Of a DNA stretch of 64,000 nucleotides, positions 8,951 to 19,078 are shown one piece after another. The stretch covers positions 29,717 to 93,716 of the forward strand of contig JBBQVQ010000002.1 in the NCBI GenBank assembly GCA_038211425.1, in the 5' to 3' direction. The translations under genes were made by a program, and so were the position numbers. Position 1 is the stretch's first letter; each line of letters opens with the position of its first letter. This stretch comes from Candidatus Limnocylindria bacterium. Lineage in GTDB: Bacteria > Chloroflexota > Limnocylindria > P2-11E. The notes under the pieces are model-generated. The model had not been told where the DNA came from. It ran no database searches and saw only the letters and a program-made list of their open reading frames with translations.

Positions 8951-10297
8951 TCAGGGAGAGCCCAGCCCCGCGAGCCGGGCCGCGAGATCGTCGGCGAAGA
9001 GCAGCGAGTAGCGCCCGTTGAGCTGCGCCGACCGCGCCAGGAGCAGGCGGGCGCGGTCGGTCTCGCCGCCGGCCTCTGCGATCACCCCCGCGCGATAGAG
9101 CATGAGCGGGTCCTGACTCCCGAGGCGGAGCGCCTCGCGGCTGTGACGAAGGGCGTCATCGAGCAGTCCGGATCGGTACTCCGCCCACGCGAGCGTGTCG
9201 GCCACGTGGACGCTCTGACGGACGGCGTACTCGGCGCGCGCGGCTCGCAGGGCGCCCGCCAGATCGGTCATGTGGTCGGCATCGAAGAGCGCGAGGTCCA
9301 CGTCCGTCCGAACGCCGTTCGCCGCGAATAGCGCGGTCATCGCGCGCACGAGCGCGAACTGCTGTTCTGCCCGCGTCTTGTCCCCCATCCGCGCGTAGGT
9401 GTCGCCGAGAGCGATGACGAATTCCGGAAGCGGCAGTGCCGCGGCGGCGCTTTCGTAGAGCGCCGCGGCGCCGGCGAGGTCACCTCGCGCCGCCTTCACC
9501 CGTGCCTGACCCGCGCTGGCGTACACGTATCCGTCGATGCGGTGCTTCGCGCCGTCGTACTCCGCGAGCGCGCCGGCGAGGTCCCCCTTGGCGAAGAGCA
9601 GGTGGCCGAGCTGTACCTGGCTCCACGCCGTCCCCTCCCCTTCCACACCCGCTGTCACGGCCCGCCGCATCGCCTCGATCGCACCGTCCAGGTCGCCATG
9701 AAGCTCGCGCAGATAGGACACCCGGGAGAAAGAGGTCACGTCGGGATGGAGGTCGACCATGCGCTGGGCAGCGGTCACCGCTTCGTCGTACCGGCCGAGC
9801 TCGACCAGGGCGTCCGTCAGGACGCCCCAGGCCGCTGCGCGCGTCGGCGCGACCTGCACCGCGCGGCGGCCCCAATCGAGACCGGCGGTGAAGTCGTGGC
9901 GCGAGTTGGCGAGCGACCCGAGCCCCAGGGCGACATCGGCATCCGAGGGCGCCAGGGCCAGCGCGCGCTGCAGCAGGGCGTCGGCCTTGACGTACAGCGC
10001 CGGATCGGCGGTCTCCCGGACCCGGATCTGATACGCGCTCGCGAGGGTGACGAGCGCGCGCGGACTCTCGGGCGACGCTGCGACGAGCTTCTGTCCGTAC
10101 TCGACCGCGCGCATGCCATCGGTTCGGCCATCGAGCGCCCGCGCCACCGCGGTCGGGAGATCCGACGGGGTGGCGCGGAAATGATCCGTGACGCCGGCGA
10201 TCCCGATTGACAGGACCAATGTCGCGGCGACCGTCGCGGCGAGCGAACGCGCGAAGCCGCCAACGCGCCCACGCCCGGACGAGAGGGCGGGCGACAT
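8951..10297 (-). CDS. Tetratricopeptide-repeat membrane protein, of the type encoded next to DUF4331 genes
   Basis: N-terminal TM helix, multiple TPR-like units (ALVELGRYDEAV, LHGDLDGAIEAM, DTLAWAEYRSG); start uncertain. Confidence 0.85.
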   Translation of the reverse strand: MSPALSSGRGRVGGFARSLAATVAATLVLSIGIAGVTDHFRATPSDLPTAVARALDGRTDGMRAVEYGQKLVAASPESPRALVTLASAYQIRVRETADPALYVKADALLQRALALAPSDADVALGLGSLANSRHDFTAGLDWGRRAVQVAPTRAAAWGVLTDALVELGRYDEAVTAAQRMVDLHPDVTSFSRVSYLRELHGDLDGAIEAMRRAVTAGVEGEGTAWSQVQLGHLLFAKGDLAGALAEYDGAKHRIDGYVYASAGQARVKAARGDLAGAAALYESAAAALPLPEFVIALGDTYARMGDKTRAEQQFALVRAMTALFAANGVRTDVDLALFDADHMTDLAGALRAARAEYAVRQSVHVADTLAWAEYRSGLLDDALRHSREALRLGSQDPLMLYRAGVIAEAGGETDRARLLLARSAQLNGRYSLLFADDLAARLAGLGSP

Positions 10298-10378
10298 GAC
10301 ACGACGATCGACGCCCCTATCCACGTCGGCACCGGCGCGCGGTCCGGGATCGAACATTTCGGCCCGCGGTAATGAGGC

Positions 10379-10867
10379 TCATTCGATGGTGAACCTGTTC
10401 TGGACCGTCTCGGAACGGCCCTGGTGGCTGCACGTCACGGTGTACACGGCGACGCCGGTGGGTGCGGACATGGTCGGGTAGGTCCACGAGGCCATGCCTT
10501 TCGTGTCCGCGGTGCGGGGCTGCTGCAGGTCTGGAGCGGTCCCGAGCGTGTTGTCGGGCAGGCGTGCCTGGGCGGTGCACACGGACCCCGGAGTGGTCAG
10601 GATCGTCGCCGTTCCATTGCGCGACTCCGTGAACGTCACGAAATACGTGGGCAGGATCACGTTCCCCGGCGAGGGCACCGGTCCCCCGAGGGTCGGGATC
10701 GCGGTCGGCCCTCCGCTCGGGGATGGCGACACAGCCGTCGACGATGCGGGCGTGGCAGCGAGGGTCGACGCCGGCGCCGCGCAGCCGCCGAGCGCGAACG
10801 CGAGCACGAGGGCCGCGAGGCCGCCGGGGAGACGATGCTCCCCGACGGCCGAGTGCGTGAAGGTCAC
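10379..10867 (-). CDS. Putative lipoprotein with S/P/T linker and a two-Cys beta-rich C-terminal domain
   Basis: Lipobox-like LGGC; GTGA overlap with DUF4331 stop; C-terminal domain paralogous to 12611..13327. Confidence 0.75.
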   Translation of the reverse strand: MTFTHSAVGEHRLPGGLAALVLAFALGGCAAPASTLAATPASSTAVSPSPSGGPTAIPTLGGPVPSPGNVILPTYFVTFTESRNGTATILTTPGSVCTAQARLPDNTLGTAPDLQQPRTADTKGMASWTYPTMSAPTGVAVYTVTCSHQGRSETVQNRFTIE

Positions 10868-12294
10868 GGAGTGGTGGGCTCGGTGCGGCTGCCGATCGCG
10901 GGGTGATCGAAGCCGGCGAACGGAGATGCGACGTACGGGAATGCGCCCAGGAAGGGCTGGTCGTTCTGGTTCACGCCGTCACCGAGCTGGTTGTTCGGCG
11001 CGACGTTCTGCGCTGGAGTGAAGGGAGTGCCGCCCGCCACGGCCTGGAGGCTGATGTCGACGATGTCGTCGCCCAGACGCCGGCCATTCGGGTATCCGGC
11101 GTTGTCTCCGCCGAGGACGCCCATCCGGTTTGGCGCCGCTGTCGGCTGAACAAAGAGGTTGAGCCGCAGCTGCTCGGATGGCTTGATGAACGACGGCTTG
11201 TTGAGGCCCGGAATGCCCGTGAGGAAGATCGCGACGAGGTCGTTGCGCGGCGTCGGCGGCACGTCGATGCCGTACAGCGCCTTGAGGAGACGCGCGGGCT
11301 CCGGATCGGTGACGTAGTTGAGCGCGGCGATGTCATCCTTCAGCTGCGACGCGTTGAACGCGTCCTTCACCGCGAGGGGGATGATCAGCTCGTTCACGAG
11401 GGGCTGGCCGAGGCGGGAGACCTGCACGTAGCTTCCGCTGCTGCTGGTCGCGCCGGCCGTGAGGACGCGGGTGCTCTGGCGGGACGCGGTCGTGCGCGCA
11501 CCGATGACGCCGAATTCAGAGTTCATGAACCCCGGCGCGATGCCGTTGTTCGTGACGCTGGCGATCGGCACCTGGAGCGCGATCGAGAGAACGTTGAACC
11601 CGCTCAGCTCGTCGCGGCCGCCGCCCTTGTTGCCGGGCGCGCCGGGACGGATGGTGAGGAGGTCGAAGACCGAACCCAGGTCGACGTAGAAGGGGTCATC
11701 GCGCTGACCGGCGAAGACCTTGCCGCCGCCCGGCAGAGTACGGATGGCCGACGCGGCGAGCGCGTCGTAGTTCGGCGTCGACTTCGGGCCGATGTTGTTC
11801 GGCGGTACTGGAAGATCGGTGCCGAGAACGGTCCTCTGCCCGTTGGAGAGGGTCTTGGTGACCGTGTAGTACTGGCGGATGTTCAGGTTCGGGTCGGTCA
11901 GCGAGCCGACGGGACCCGTGTTGTAAAGGAAGGTCTGGCCGTTTCGGACGACCGTCTTGAAGGTGAAGTCGAATCGCGTGTCGTCGATGTTGTCGCCGTT
12001 GTCGTCGATGACGATCGAGTACCTCACGTCATCACCGAACCGGTAGAAGTTCGGTCCACCTGCGGGGTCCTGGAACGGGACGTAGTTGGCGATGAACGTC
12101 ACGGTGTCCGGCGCGTCCGGGCTTCGGAACATGTAAAAGTCGGTGGCGTCCGCGGCTGGGTCCTGGCTGATCAGTGGCGCTTCTCGGTGGCTGGATGCCC
12201 CGCCGAACGACGGAACGATCGCGGCCGCGAGGAGCGTTGCCGATGCGAGGACACCAGCGACTCGCGCCTTTGTGGCGCGTGAACTGGTACGCAT
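10864..12294 (-). CDS. DUF4331 domain-containing secreted protein
   Basis: Signal peptide then ASSHREAP, FAGQRDDPFYVDL, QVSRLGQPLVNE, GYPNGRRLGDD; AAGGAG SD. Confidence 0.93.
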   Translation of the reverse strand: MRTSSRATKARVAGVLASATLLAAAIVPSFGGASSHREAPLISQDPAADATDFYMFRSPDAPDTVTFIANYVPFQDPAGGPNFYRFGDDVRYSIVIDDNGDNIDDTRFDFTFKTVVRNGQTFLYNTGPVGSLTDPNLNIRQYYTVTKTLSNGQRTVLGTDLPVPPNNIGPKSTPNYDALAASAIRTLPGGGKVFAGQRDDPFYVDLGSVFDLLTIRPGAPGNKGGGRDELSGFNVLSIALQVPIASVTNNGIAPGFMNSEFGVIGARTTASRQSTRVLTAGATSSSGSYVQVSRLGQPLVNELIIPLAVKDAFNASQLKDDIAALNYVTDPEPARLLKALYGIDVPPTPRNDLVAIFLTGIPGLNKPSFIKPSEQLRLNLFVQPTAAPNRMGVLGGDNAGYPNGRRLGDDIVDISLQAVAGGTPFTPAQNVAPNNQLGDGVNQNDQPFLGAFPYVASPFAGFDHPAIGSRTEPTTP

Positions 12295-12418
12295 AGGTTC
12301 TCCTTCGTTGTGGCTATTGCGTCGCTGGCTCGCGACGTGTCGATCTCCCGTCGTTCTCCTTTCTCGGATCCGCGTCCATAAAATGGGGAGGTGACCGCTA
12401 CTCCCACCGCCGAAGCAC

Positions 12419-12444
12419 TACGAACCGCCATGAGGGACGGTTCA
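12419..12444 (-). promoter_or_regulatory. Candidate ECF sigma-factor promoter TGAACC-N16-CGTA for the DUF4331 operon
   Basis: Minus strand reads TGAACC gtccctcatggcggtt CGTA, matching the general ECF AAC/CGT consensus and spacing, about 125 nt upstream of the DUF4331 start. Confidence 0.6.
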
Positions 12445-12610
12445 CCGCCGCCGCACCGAGCTTGCCGCAGAGCGAAATGGCGCGGCTGACTGTGGCTGCC
12501 GTCGGGGTCCTGGCCCATGAGTGAGCACCCGGGCGGCCGTTCGCTCGTCGTGCCGTCCCACCGGAGAGTGGTCTGATCGAGGGTCGGCGTGCGTAGCACT
12601 GGTCGTGCGC

Positions 12611-13327
12611 ATGAAGACCCTCTTGGGGACGGCATTGACCGGGTGCCTGCTCGTATCCTGCGCGGCGACGGCGCCACAGAACGTGGTGGCCTCATCCACC
12701 GCCCGTTCGAGCATCGCGGCGGATCTCCCCTCGCCGAGCGCTTCCCCGGCACCGGCCACTTCGTCCCCGACAGAGACGCCGGCACCGGCCACTTCGTCCC
12801 CGACGGAGACGCCGGCGCCGGCGAACTCTGCGGATCCGACCGCGGACGCTGCGGCGACGGCCGAACCGGTGACCCCGGCCGCTGCGGCTCCTCCCGTGGC
12901 GACACAACGGCCGGCGGCGGCCGCTCCGGTGCCCGTGGCCACGCGCGCCCCGGTGGCGCCACCACCGCCGCTCCCTGCGGCCCCTCCCCCGCCGACCGAG
13001 GCGCCCGCCCCGCCGCCGCCGCCTCCTCCCGCGCCGCCACCCCCGGGCGGCTATCCGCCCTCGACTCTGTTCGTGTTCATCCTCACCGACTCGCGCTACG
13101 GCTTCGTGCACGTGCTGACCTCGCCGGGAGCGAGCTGCTCGGCCCAGGCGCGGCTTCCGCTGCGCGGGGTCATCCTGGCGCTCGGCACGAAGACGGTCGA
13201 CGCGACCGGCAGGGTGTCGTGGACCTATACGAAGGATCCGACGCAGGCGGGCGTCGGCGTCCACGCCGTCACCTGCACGAACCAGGGACAGACCGTGTCC
13301 GAGGTGCAGCGCTTCGACGCCCCGTAG
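12611..13327 (+). CDS. Putative lipoprotein with Pro/Ala/Thr-rich linker and a two-Cys C-terminal domain
   Basis: MKTLLGTALTGCLLVSC lipobox; poly-Pro linker; C-terminal domain paralogous to 10379..10867. Confidence 0.8.
   Translation: MKTLLGTALTGCLLVSCAATAPQNVVASSTARSSIAADLPSPSASPAPATSSPTETPAPATSSPTETPAPANSADPTADAAATAEPVTPAAAAPPVATQRPAAAAPVPVATRAPVAPPPPLPAAPPPPTEAPAPPPPPPPAPPPPGGYPPSTLFVFILTDSRYGFVHVLTSPGASCSAQARLPLRGVILALGTKTVDATGRVSWTYTKDPTQAGVGVHAVTCTNQGQTVSEVQRFDAP
12746..12811 (+). repeat. 33-bp in-frame tandem duplication (PAPATSSPTET x2)
   Basis: ccggcaccggccacttcgtccccgac(a/g)gagacg occurs twice with one mismatch. Confidence 0.9.
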
Positions 13328-13364
13328 CCGGCAGTAGGCTCGGGTCTGGGCGCCTGGCGACTGC

Positions 13365-14555
13365 CTACCGCGAGAAGCGGATCTCCGCGAGCAGGTCCAG
13401 GTACTTGCCCTCTACCACCGGCCACGCGTACGCGCCGCGCACGTACTCCTCTCCACTCTGCCCGAGCGCGTCGCGCAGCGCCGCGTCCTCCATGAGCCTG
13501 CCCACAGCCTCGGCGAACTCGCCGTACCCGTCGTACCAGAGCCCTCCTCGAGCGCGCCGGACCTGCCCGACCACGGGCTCGCAACGCGCGTGGACGAGCA
13601 CGGGCCTGCGCGACCACCACGATTCGAGGACGACCATCGACAGGCTTTCGAGGCGGCTCGGCAGCACGAATGCCGTCGCGGCCGCGAGCATGTCCCACTT
13701 GGTCTCCTCGTCGACGAAGCCGATGACGTGGATGTCGTCCCGGCGTGGAATGGCCATCTCGGCCTTTCCCGCGAGAACGAGGTCGATCGCCGGAGCTGTC
13801 GGCGCGTCCTTCATGCGCACGAAGAACTCCAGGAGCTCGTCGGCGCCCTTGGATTCGACGATCCGCCCGAAGTACAGAAGGAAGGGCCGACTGATGCCAT
13901 GCGCTCGCAGGAAGCGTTCGGCGGAAGGCGTTTTGGCTGGCGCGTCGACCCCGACGCCAACGATGTCGTAGGCCACGCGCTCGTTGCTGAACAGCCGATG
14001 CACGAGGTCGCGCTCCTCGTACGTGTTGTACGGGAACGCCCGCGGTAGGTGGAAGATCGCGCGGTAACTCGAGAGGCGGATCGCGGGTTCGTCGTGCGCG
14101 GCGGGCATGAGCAGCGCGCGCTCGGGGACCAGCGGCAGCCCGTACAGCGTTGGGTAATACAGGTAGTTGAAGAACAGCACGTAGTCGTATTCGCGACCGT
14201 GACGGTGAAGGAATTCGAGGATGCCGGGGCATTCGGGGCCCTGGTCGCGGATCCAGCGCTGCTCCTCTTCGAGCGTGTGGGCCTCCTGCAACACGTGCCG
14301 GGAGAACGCCTGGAAGTCGCGTGCGCGCTCGCGGAAGTTCGGGAAGCGGTGGACCGGGATTCCGTGGACCCGCGCGCCGCCGGGCGCGTAGTGATTCCGC
14401 CAGGTCCAGTAATCGAGCGCGGTCGTCGTCGCGACCTCGACGTCGAGATGCGGCGCGAGGTGCTCCGCGACCAGGCGGGCGTGCGTCTCTGCCCCCCCGA
14501 CGATCTCGGTCCCGTAGCGCTGGACGACGACGAGCAGTCGTTCACGCCCGGTCAT
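13365..14555 (-). CDS. GT4 family glycosyltransferase
   Basis: VVQRYG..GGAE, YFGRIVESKG, PSRLESLSMVVLESW; ATGA overlap. Confidence 0.92.
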   Translation of the reverse strand: MTGRERLLVVVQRYGTEIVGGAETHARLVAEHLAPHLDVEVATTTALDYWTWRNHYAPGGARVHGIPVHRFPNFRERARDFQAFSRHVLQEAHTLEEEQRWIRDQGPECPGILEFLHRHGREYDYVLFFNYLYYPTLYGLPLVPERALLMPAAHDEPAIRLSSYRAIFHLPRAFPYNTYEERDLVHRLFSNERVAYDIVGVGVDAPAKTPSAERFLRAHGISRPFLLYFGRIVESKGADELLEFFVRMKDAPTAPAIDLVLAGKAEMAIPRRDDIHVIGFVDEETKWDMLAAATAFVLPSRLESLSMVVLESWWSRRPVLVHARCEPVVGQVRRARGGLWYDGYGEFAEAVGRLMEDAALRDALGQSGEEYVRGAYAWPVVEGKYLDLLAEIRFSR

Positions 14556-16834
14556 ACCTCGCCGAGGCCGGCCAGGTATCGAAGGGCCGCCCGCTGCGGC
14601 GAGAGCAGTCGCTTCATGACGCGTGTCTGACGGACCAGCCGTTCGCGGACCTCGGGCCGCTGGATCTCGACCATCCGCTCGGCGAGCTCGCGCTCGTCGG
14701 CCGCGAAGAGCCCCGCGCCCCGATACAGCTCGAACGACGGCAGCTCCGAGAAGATCGTCGGCTTCTCGGCCCACATCGCCTGTGTCGCGATGGCCGACTG
14801 GTACACGTCGCGATAGAACAGCACCATCGCGTCGGCCGCCATCACGTGCTCGGCCATCGTGGAGTAGTCGGTGTTGATGACGACGTTGTCGAGCCGCTCG
14901 TCGGCGACGAATCGGCGGATGTCGCCGAGGTAGTCACCGTCCCACGCCGACTCGGTGCCTGATAGGACGACAAGAGAGTCGCGCGGCGTCGCGGCGATCA
15001 CCTCGACGAGCCGCTTGCGCCGGAACAGGAACCCCGGCGAAATGAAGATGAACCGATCCTGTGGCAGACCGAGCCTTGCGCGGAGCCTCCAGCGACGCTC
15101 TTCGGGCTCGGCCCCGTCCGGCGGCGGCGCGTCATCGAGCGGCATGATGACCAGCGGGACCTCCGTCACTCGCGTGAGGTCGCCGGTGATGAGGTCGACC
15201 TTGTCGAGCACCCGAGCCGAATGGACGACGATGCGCTCCGGGAACAGACCGAGCGCCCAGAGCGTCGTCCGGTAGCGGAAGAGGCGCTGCGCGATGACGC
15301 CCGAGTGCCAGGCGATCCGCGCGAGCTCCCGGGTCGGGCTGGAGTGCTGGCGGTAGTGGATGGACGCGAGGATCTTCAGGTAGTGGTGGAACTTGTCCGG
15401 ATCCAGCTCGTGAAGGGAGAGCAGGATGTGCTTTCCCGCGCGCCGCATCCGCCACATCGCCTGGGCGAGCGCCGAGCTGCGGAAGATGCCGAACTCGTGC
15501 TCGATGAGCACGATGTCGGCATCTTTGGGCAGCTCGCGCGTCTTCCGGGCGAGGTCGGCGCTGTCCCAGCGCACGACGCCGACGAAGCTCACGCGGTGGC
15601 CGTTGGCGGCGAGGCCTGAGGCGAGCGCGCCCGAATAGTCGTGGATCCCGCATCGCTCGTCGCTCGACATGACCGCGATGTGATGACGACGCAGGGTCGG
15701 CGCCGCGATCTCCGCGGACGAGAGGGCCGAGCGCAGCGCGGCGGAGACGCGCTCGCGTGAGAAGTCGCCGAGGCGACGGCGCCCTCGGACAACGAGCTCG
15801 TCGCGTACCACGCGGTCGACGAGCGCGCGCTCGAGCGCGTCGGCGATGGCCTCCGGCGACTTGCGCTCGAGGAGGATGCCGGCATCGCCAACGGTCTCGG
15901 GCGTCGCCCCAGCCGCGTGCGCGACGACGGGGACATCGAAGCGCATGGCCTCGAGCACGGGGATGCAGAAGCCTTCGTGGTCCGTCATCGTGGCGAACGC
16001 CGACGCGCCCCCGTAGTAGGCGACGAGCTCCGCGTCGCTCGCCGCACCCGCGAATACGACGGCGTCTTCCAATCCCAGCGCGCGCACCTGGTCCTCGAGG
16101 CGGCTTCCGTACGTACCGGCGTCGTCCCGGGAGCCGACGAGCACGAGCTGGGCGGTCGGGTCGCGGTCGCGGTACGCGGCGAAGCCGGCGATGAGATCGT
16201 GTATCGCCTTCTGTGGGGAGATGCGCCCGACGAACAGGATCTTGTGCCCGGGACCCGCCATCCGCGCCGCCACGTTTGGGTCGGCGCGCGTCTCGGTCCA
16301 TGACCAGTCGATGAGTATCGGCACCACCGCGGTCCGCCCGAAACCTGCTTGCTCGAGCTCGCGCCGGTTGTATTCGCTGTCGCCGATCGCCAGTGGCGCG
16401 ACGCGGGCGAAGGCGCGCAGCTGCTCGCGGCCCTTCTCAGCGTAGCGCCGGGCGTACTCGTTGTCCGCTTCAAAGAACTCGGGCGGCGAGATGTTGTGGT
16501 AGCGCACCACCATCCTGTCGGGCCATGTGCGCACCTCGTCGAGGGAATCGTTGCCCATCGACAGGTGCACGAGCAGGAGACGCTCGGGGTCGGGGACCGG
16601 GTCCCCGCGCTCCAGGGAGGCCCCCAGGTCGGGTTTGGCGACGAGCGGTCGCCCGTACTCCCGGTAGTCGCGCGCGAACGCCTGGACGGCGGCCTTCCGT
16701 TCCCACGCGTATAGCTCGCTGGCCGCTCCCCAGTCCCAGAAGAGCCGTTGGAGCTCGAAGCAATCGTTGCTGACGGCGTCGCCGTACGCCAACGTCGGGT
16801 GGAATTGGTGGATGGTGCGAACGCGCGCCGTCAT
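14552..16834 (-). CDS. Two-domain GT4 glycosyltransferase
   Basis: Domain 1: GDAVSN, FVGRISPQK, HEGFCIPVLEAM; domain 2: CGIHDYS, EHEFGIF, GFLFRRK, divergent donor motif. Confidence 0.88.
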   Translation of the reverse strand: MTARVRTIHQFHPTLAYGDAVSNDCFELQRLFWDWGAASELYAWERKAAVQAFARDYREYGRPLVAKPDLGASLERGDPVPDPERLLLVHLSMGNDSLDEVRTWPDRMVVRYHNISPPEFFEADNEYARRYAEKGREQLRAFARVAPLAIGDSEYNRRELEQAGFGRTAVVPILIDWSWTETRADPNVAARMAGPGHKILFVGRISPQKAIHDLIAGFAAYRDRDPTAQLVLVGSRDDAGTYGSRLEDQVRALGLEDAVVFAGAASDAELVAYYGGASAFATMTDHEGFCIPVLEAMRFDVPVVAHAAGATPETVGDAGILLERKSPEAIADALERALVDRVVRDELVVRGRRRLGDFSRERVSAALRSALSSAEIAAPTLRRHHIAVMSSDERCGIHDYSGALASGLAANGHRVSFVGVVRWDSADLARKTRELPKDADIVLIEHEFGIFRSSALAQAMWRMRRAGKHILLSLHELDPDKFHHYLKILASIHYRQHSSPTRELARIAWHSGVIAQRLFRYRTTLWALGLFPERIVVHSARVLDKVDLITGDLTRVTEVPLVIMPLDDAPPPDGAEPEERRWRLRARLGLPQDRFIFISPGFLFRRKRLVEVIAATPRDSLVVLSGTESAWDGDYLGDIRRFVADERLDNVVINTDYSTMAEHVMAADAMVLFYRDVYQSAIATQAMWAEKPTIFSELPSFELYRGAGLFAADERELAERMVEIQRPEVRERLVRQTRVMKRLLSPQRAALRYLAGLGEV

Positions 16835-17916
16835 GCCGCGACAGAGAGTTCGAGCTCGAGCGCGGCGCGCGTCCGCTCGGCGACATTGGCGGCCGAAAAG
16901 TCGTTCAAGCGCCGCTCGCCGGCGGCGACAAGCCGCTCGCGAAGCGCCGGCCGCTCGCGCAACAGGCCGACCATCTCGCCGAAAAGCGGTATGTCCTTCT
17001 CGCCCAGCAGCAGCGCCGCGCCGCCCGCGGTCTCGCCGACGGCCCCGGCGTCGAGGGCGATCACCGGGACGCGGAAACGGAATGCCTCGAGGACCGGCAT
17101 CGCGAACCCCTCGTGCTCGGACAGCGACACGAAGACGCTCGCGACGCCGTAGTAAGCGGCGAGCTCGGACTCGCTCACGCTGCCGGTGAAGATGACAGCG
17201 TCCGCGAGGCCCAGCTCCGCCGCGAGCGCCGAGACCCTCGCGCGATACTGCGGCTGGTCCTCATGAGCCCCGACGAGAAAGAGGCGCGCCGATCGATCGA
17301 CGCACGCCCGCGTGTACGCGAGCATCCGCACCAGCTCGTCCTGGCGCTTGTTCGGCGAGATCCGGCCGACGAACAGGATGTTCGTATGCGGCCCTCGCCA
17401 ACGCGCGAGTACGCGCTCGTCCGGCACGACGTCGTACCGCGACCAGTCGATCAGTATCGGGACGACGGCGGTCCGCGCGAAGCCTGCCGAGACGAGCTCG
17501 CGCCGATTGAACCCCGAGACCCCGATGGCGAAGGGGACTCTTTTCGCGAGCGCGTGGAGTTGGGCCCGGCCCTTTCGCGTGTGCAACGCGGCGTGCGGGT
17601 TCACGCCTTCGAAGTAAGCCGACGGCGTGACATTGTGATAGACGAGCGTCTGTCGGGCGGGCAGGTTCGTGAGCTTGTCGAAGACGTCGCTGCCGATGGA
17701 GAAGTGGAGGATGAGGAGATCCTCGGCGCTCGCTTCGCGGAAAAGCCGCCGATACGGCAGCACCTCGGCCTTCACGGCGGGCTTGGCCTCGACCGCGTAC
17801 GCCTCGCTCGGATATCCCCAGCTGCGGAACAGCTCGCGCAGCGCAAAGACATGGTTGCTGACCGCGTCACCAGCCGCGAGCGCGGGGTGGAACTGGTGGA
17901 TCGCGCGGGGCCTCAT
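16831..17916 (-). CDS. GT4 family glycosyltransferase
   Basis: GDAVSN, YHNVTP, FVGRISPNK, SEHEGFAMPVLEA; paralogous to domain 1 of 14552..16834. Confidence 0.93.
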   Translation of the reverse strand: MRPRAIHQFHPALAAGDAVSNHVFALRELFRSWGYPSEAYAVEAKPAVKAEVLPYRRLFREASAEDLLILHFSIGSDVFDKLTNLPARQTLVYHNVTPSAYFEGVNPHAALHTRKGRAQLHALAKRVPFAIGVSGFNRRELVSAGFARTAVVPILIDWSRYDVVPDERVLARWRGPHTNILFVGRISPNKRQDELVRMLAYTRACVDRSARLFLVGAHEDQPQYRARVSALAAELGLADAVIFTGSVSESELAAYYGVASVFVSLSEHEGFAMPVLEAFRFRVPVIALDAGAVGETAGGAALLLGEKDIPLFGEMVGLLRERPALRERLVAAGERRLNDFSAANVAERTRAALELELSVAA

Positions 17917-17974
17917 GCCCTCCCCCCAGTGCCTTCATGGCGAAGCCGGGTACCGTGGCCGCGCCCGTTGGTGC

Positions 17975-19078
17975 TCAGGGCTTCATTCCGATCACCGCGT
18001 AGTCGCGGTCACCGAAGAGTGTCTCGTTCAGCAGGCGGAGGTTCGCGAGGGCGATGCCGTCGAGGCCCTCCTCGGACAGGTGCTGCTCGCTGGCGTTGTA
18101 GGTCTGGATGGTCACGGGCTCGAACCCCGACATTTGCAGGTAGAACTGGAACGCGTCGGGTGGGAGCGGTTTGCGATGCGTCGGGTCGAGCCAAAAGGTG
18201 TGCGCGCCGACCGTGAGCGTCCGCGGGTTCGGCGTCGCCATGATGCAATGGGAGCCGGGCACCAGGACGCGCTTGCATTCGTGGAGGATCTCGAAGAGGT
18301 GGCCAGGGATAACATGCTCGGCGAAATGCACGGCGAAGATGCCATCGAGTGAGGCATCGGGCAGCGAGCGCAGGTGCTCCTCCGCGTCGATCTGGTAGAC
18401 CTCCAGTCCTTGAGCCCTGCTCTGCTCGACCAACTGAGGCGACAGATCGACGCCGTACGCGCCGACGCCGACCTCTTGCGCGAGGGTGAGGAAGGTCCCT
18501 CGGCCCGACCCCACGTCGAGGACGCGTCGACGGCCGGCGAAGTACGGCATGAACTGCTCGGCTTGCCGGCGCACCTGCCCCTCGAGCCCGCCAAAGCGCT
18601 GGGCGAACCGCGAGTAGTCGAGGTACTGCGCATTCTCCCGCGCGTCCACGACCCGCTTCGCGTTCTCCAGCGCGGCAATGCGCGAGAGGACCTCCGTGGG
18701 GAGCCGTGCATCGAGGTCCCGAAGCGCGCGCAGTGCCAGTGCGTTGATATGGTTCTGGCGGCTGGTGATCTCGAACAGGTACCAGCGGATCAGCCAGATG
18801 ACCGCCCGGCGCGCGAACGTTATGGGCACTCCGGCGAGGCCGCCCTTGCGGCTACGCGGGTCGTAGGCGACCTCCTGGTCGATCGCGCCGGAAAGCGAGG
18901 TGAGCGCGTCCTCGAGCTGGTCGCTCGCGAGCGGCCCTCCAGGGAGCGGCCGCAGCAGCGCGGCGTCGACGTCCGGGCCGTATACGCCGCGCGCGCGCTT
19001 GTCGCGGACGCGCCCCTTGACCTCGGCGACGAGGGCGTCGACGTCGACCGCTCTCTCGCTTGTGTGTCCTTGACTCAC
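17975..19078 (-). CDS. Class I SAM methyltransferase with N-terminal helical/coiled-coil region (candidate glycan chain-capping enzyme)
   Basis: VLDVGSGRG, HFAEH, TPNP, FWLDPTH motifs; GTG 19078 overlaps upstream TGA. Confidence 0.85.
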   Translation of the reverse strand: MSQGHTSERAVDVDALVAEVKGRVRDKRARGVYGPDVDAALLRPLPGGPLASDQLEDALTSLSGAIDQEVAYDPRSRKGGLAGVPITFARRAVIWLIRWYLFEITSRQNHINALALRALRDLDARLPTEVLSRIAALENAKRVVDARENAQYLDYSRFAQRFGGLEGQVRRQAEQFMPYFAGRRRVLDVGSGRGTFLTLAQEVGVGAYGVDLSPQLVEQSRAQGLEVYQIDAEEHLRSLPDASLDGIFAVHFAEHVIPGHLFEILHECKRVLVPGSHCIMATPNPRTLTVGAHTFWLDPTHRKPLPPDAFQFYLQMSGFEPVTIQTYNASEQHLSEEGLDGIALANLRLLNETLFGDRDYAVIGMKP

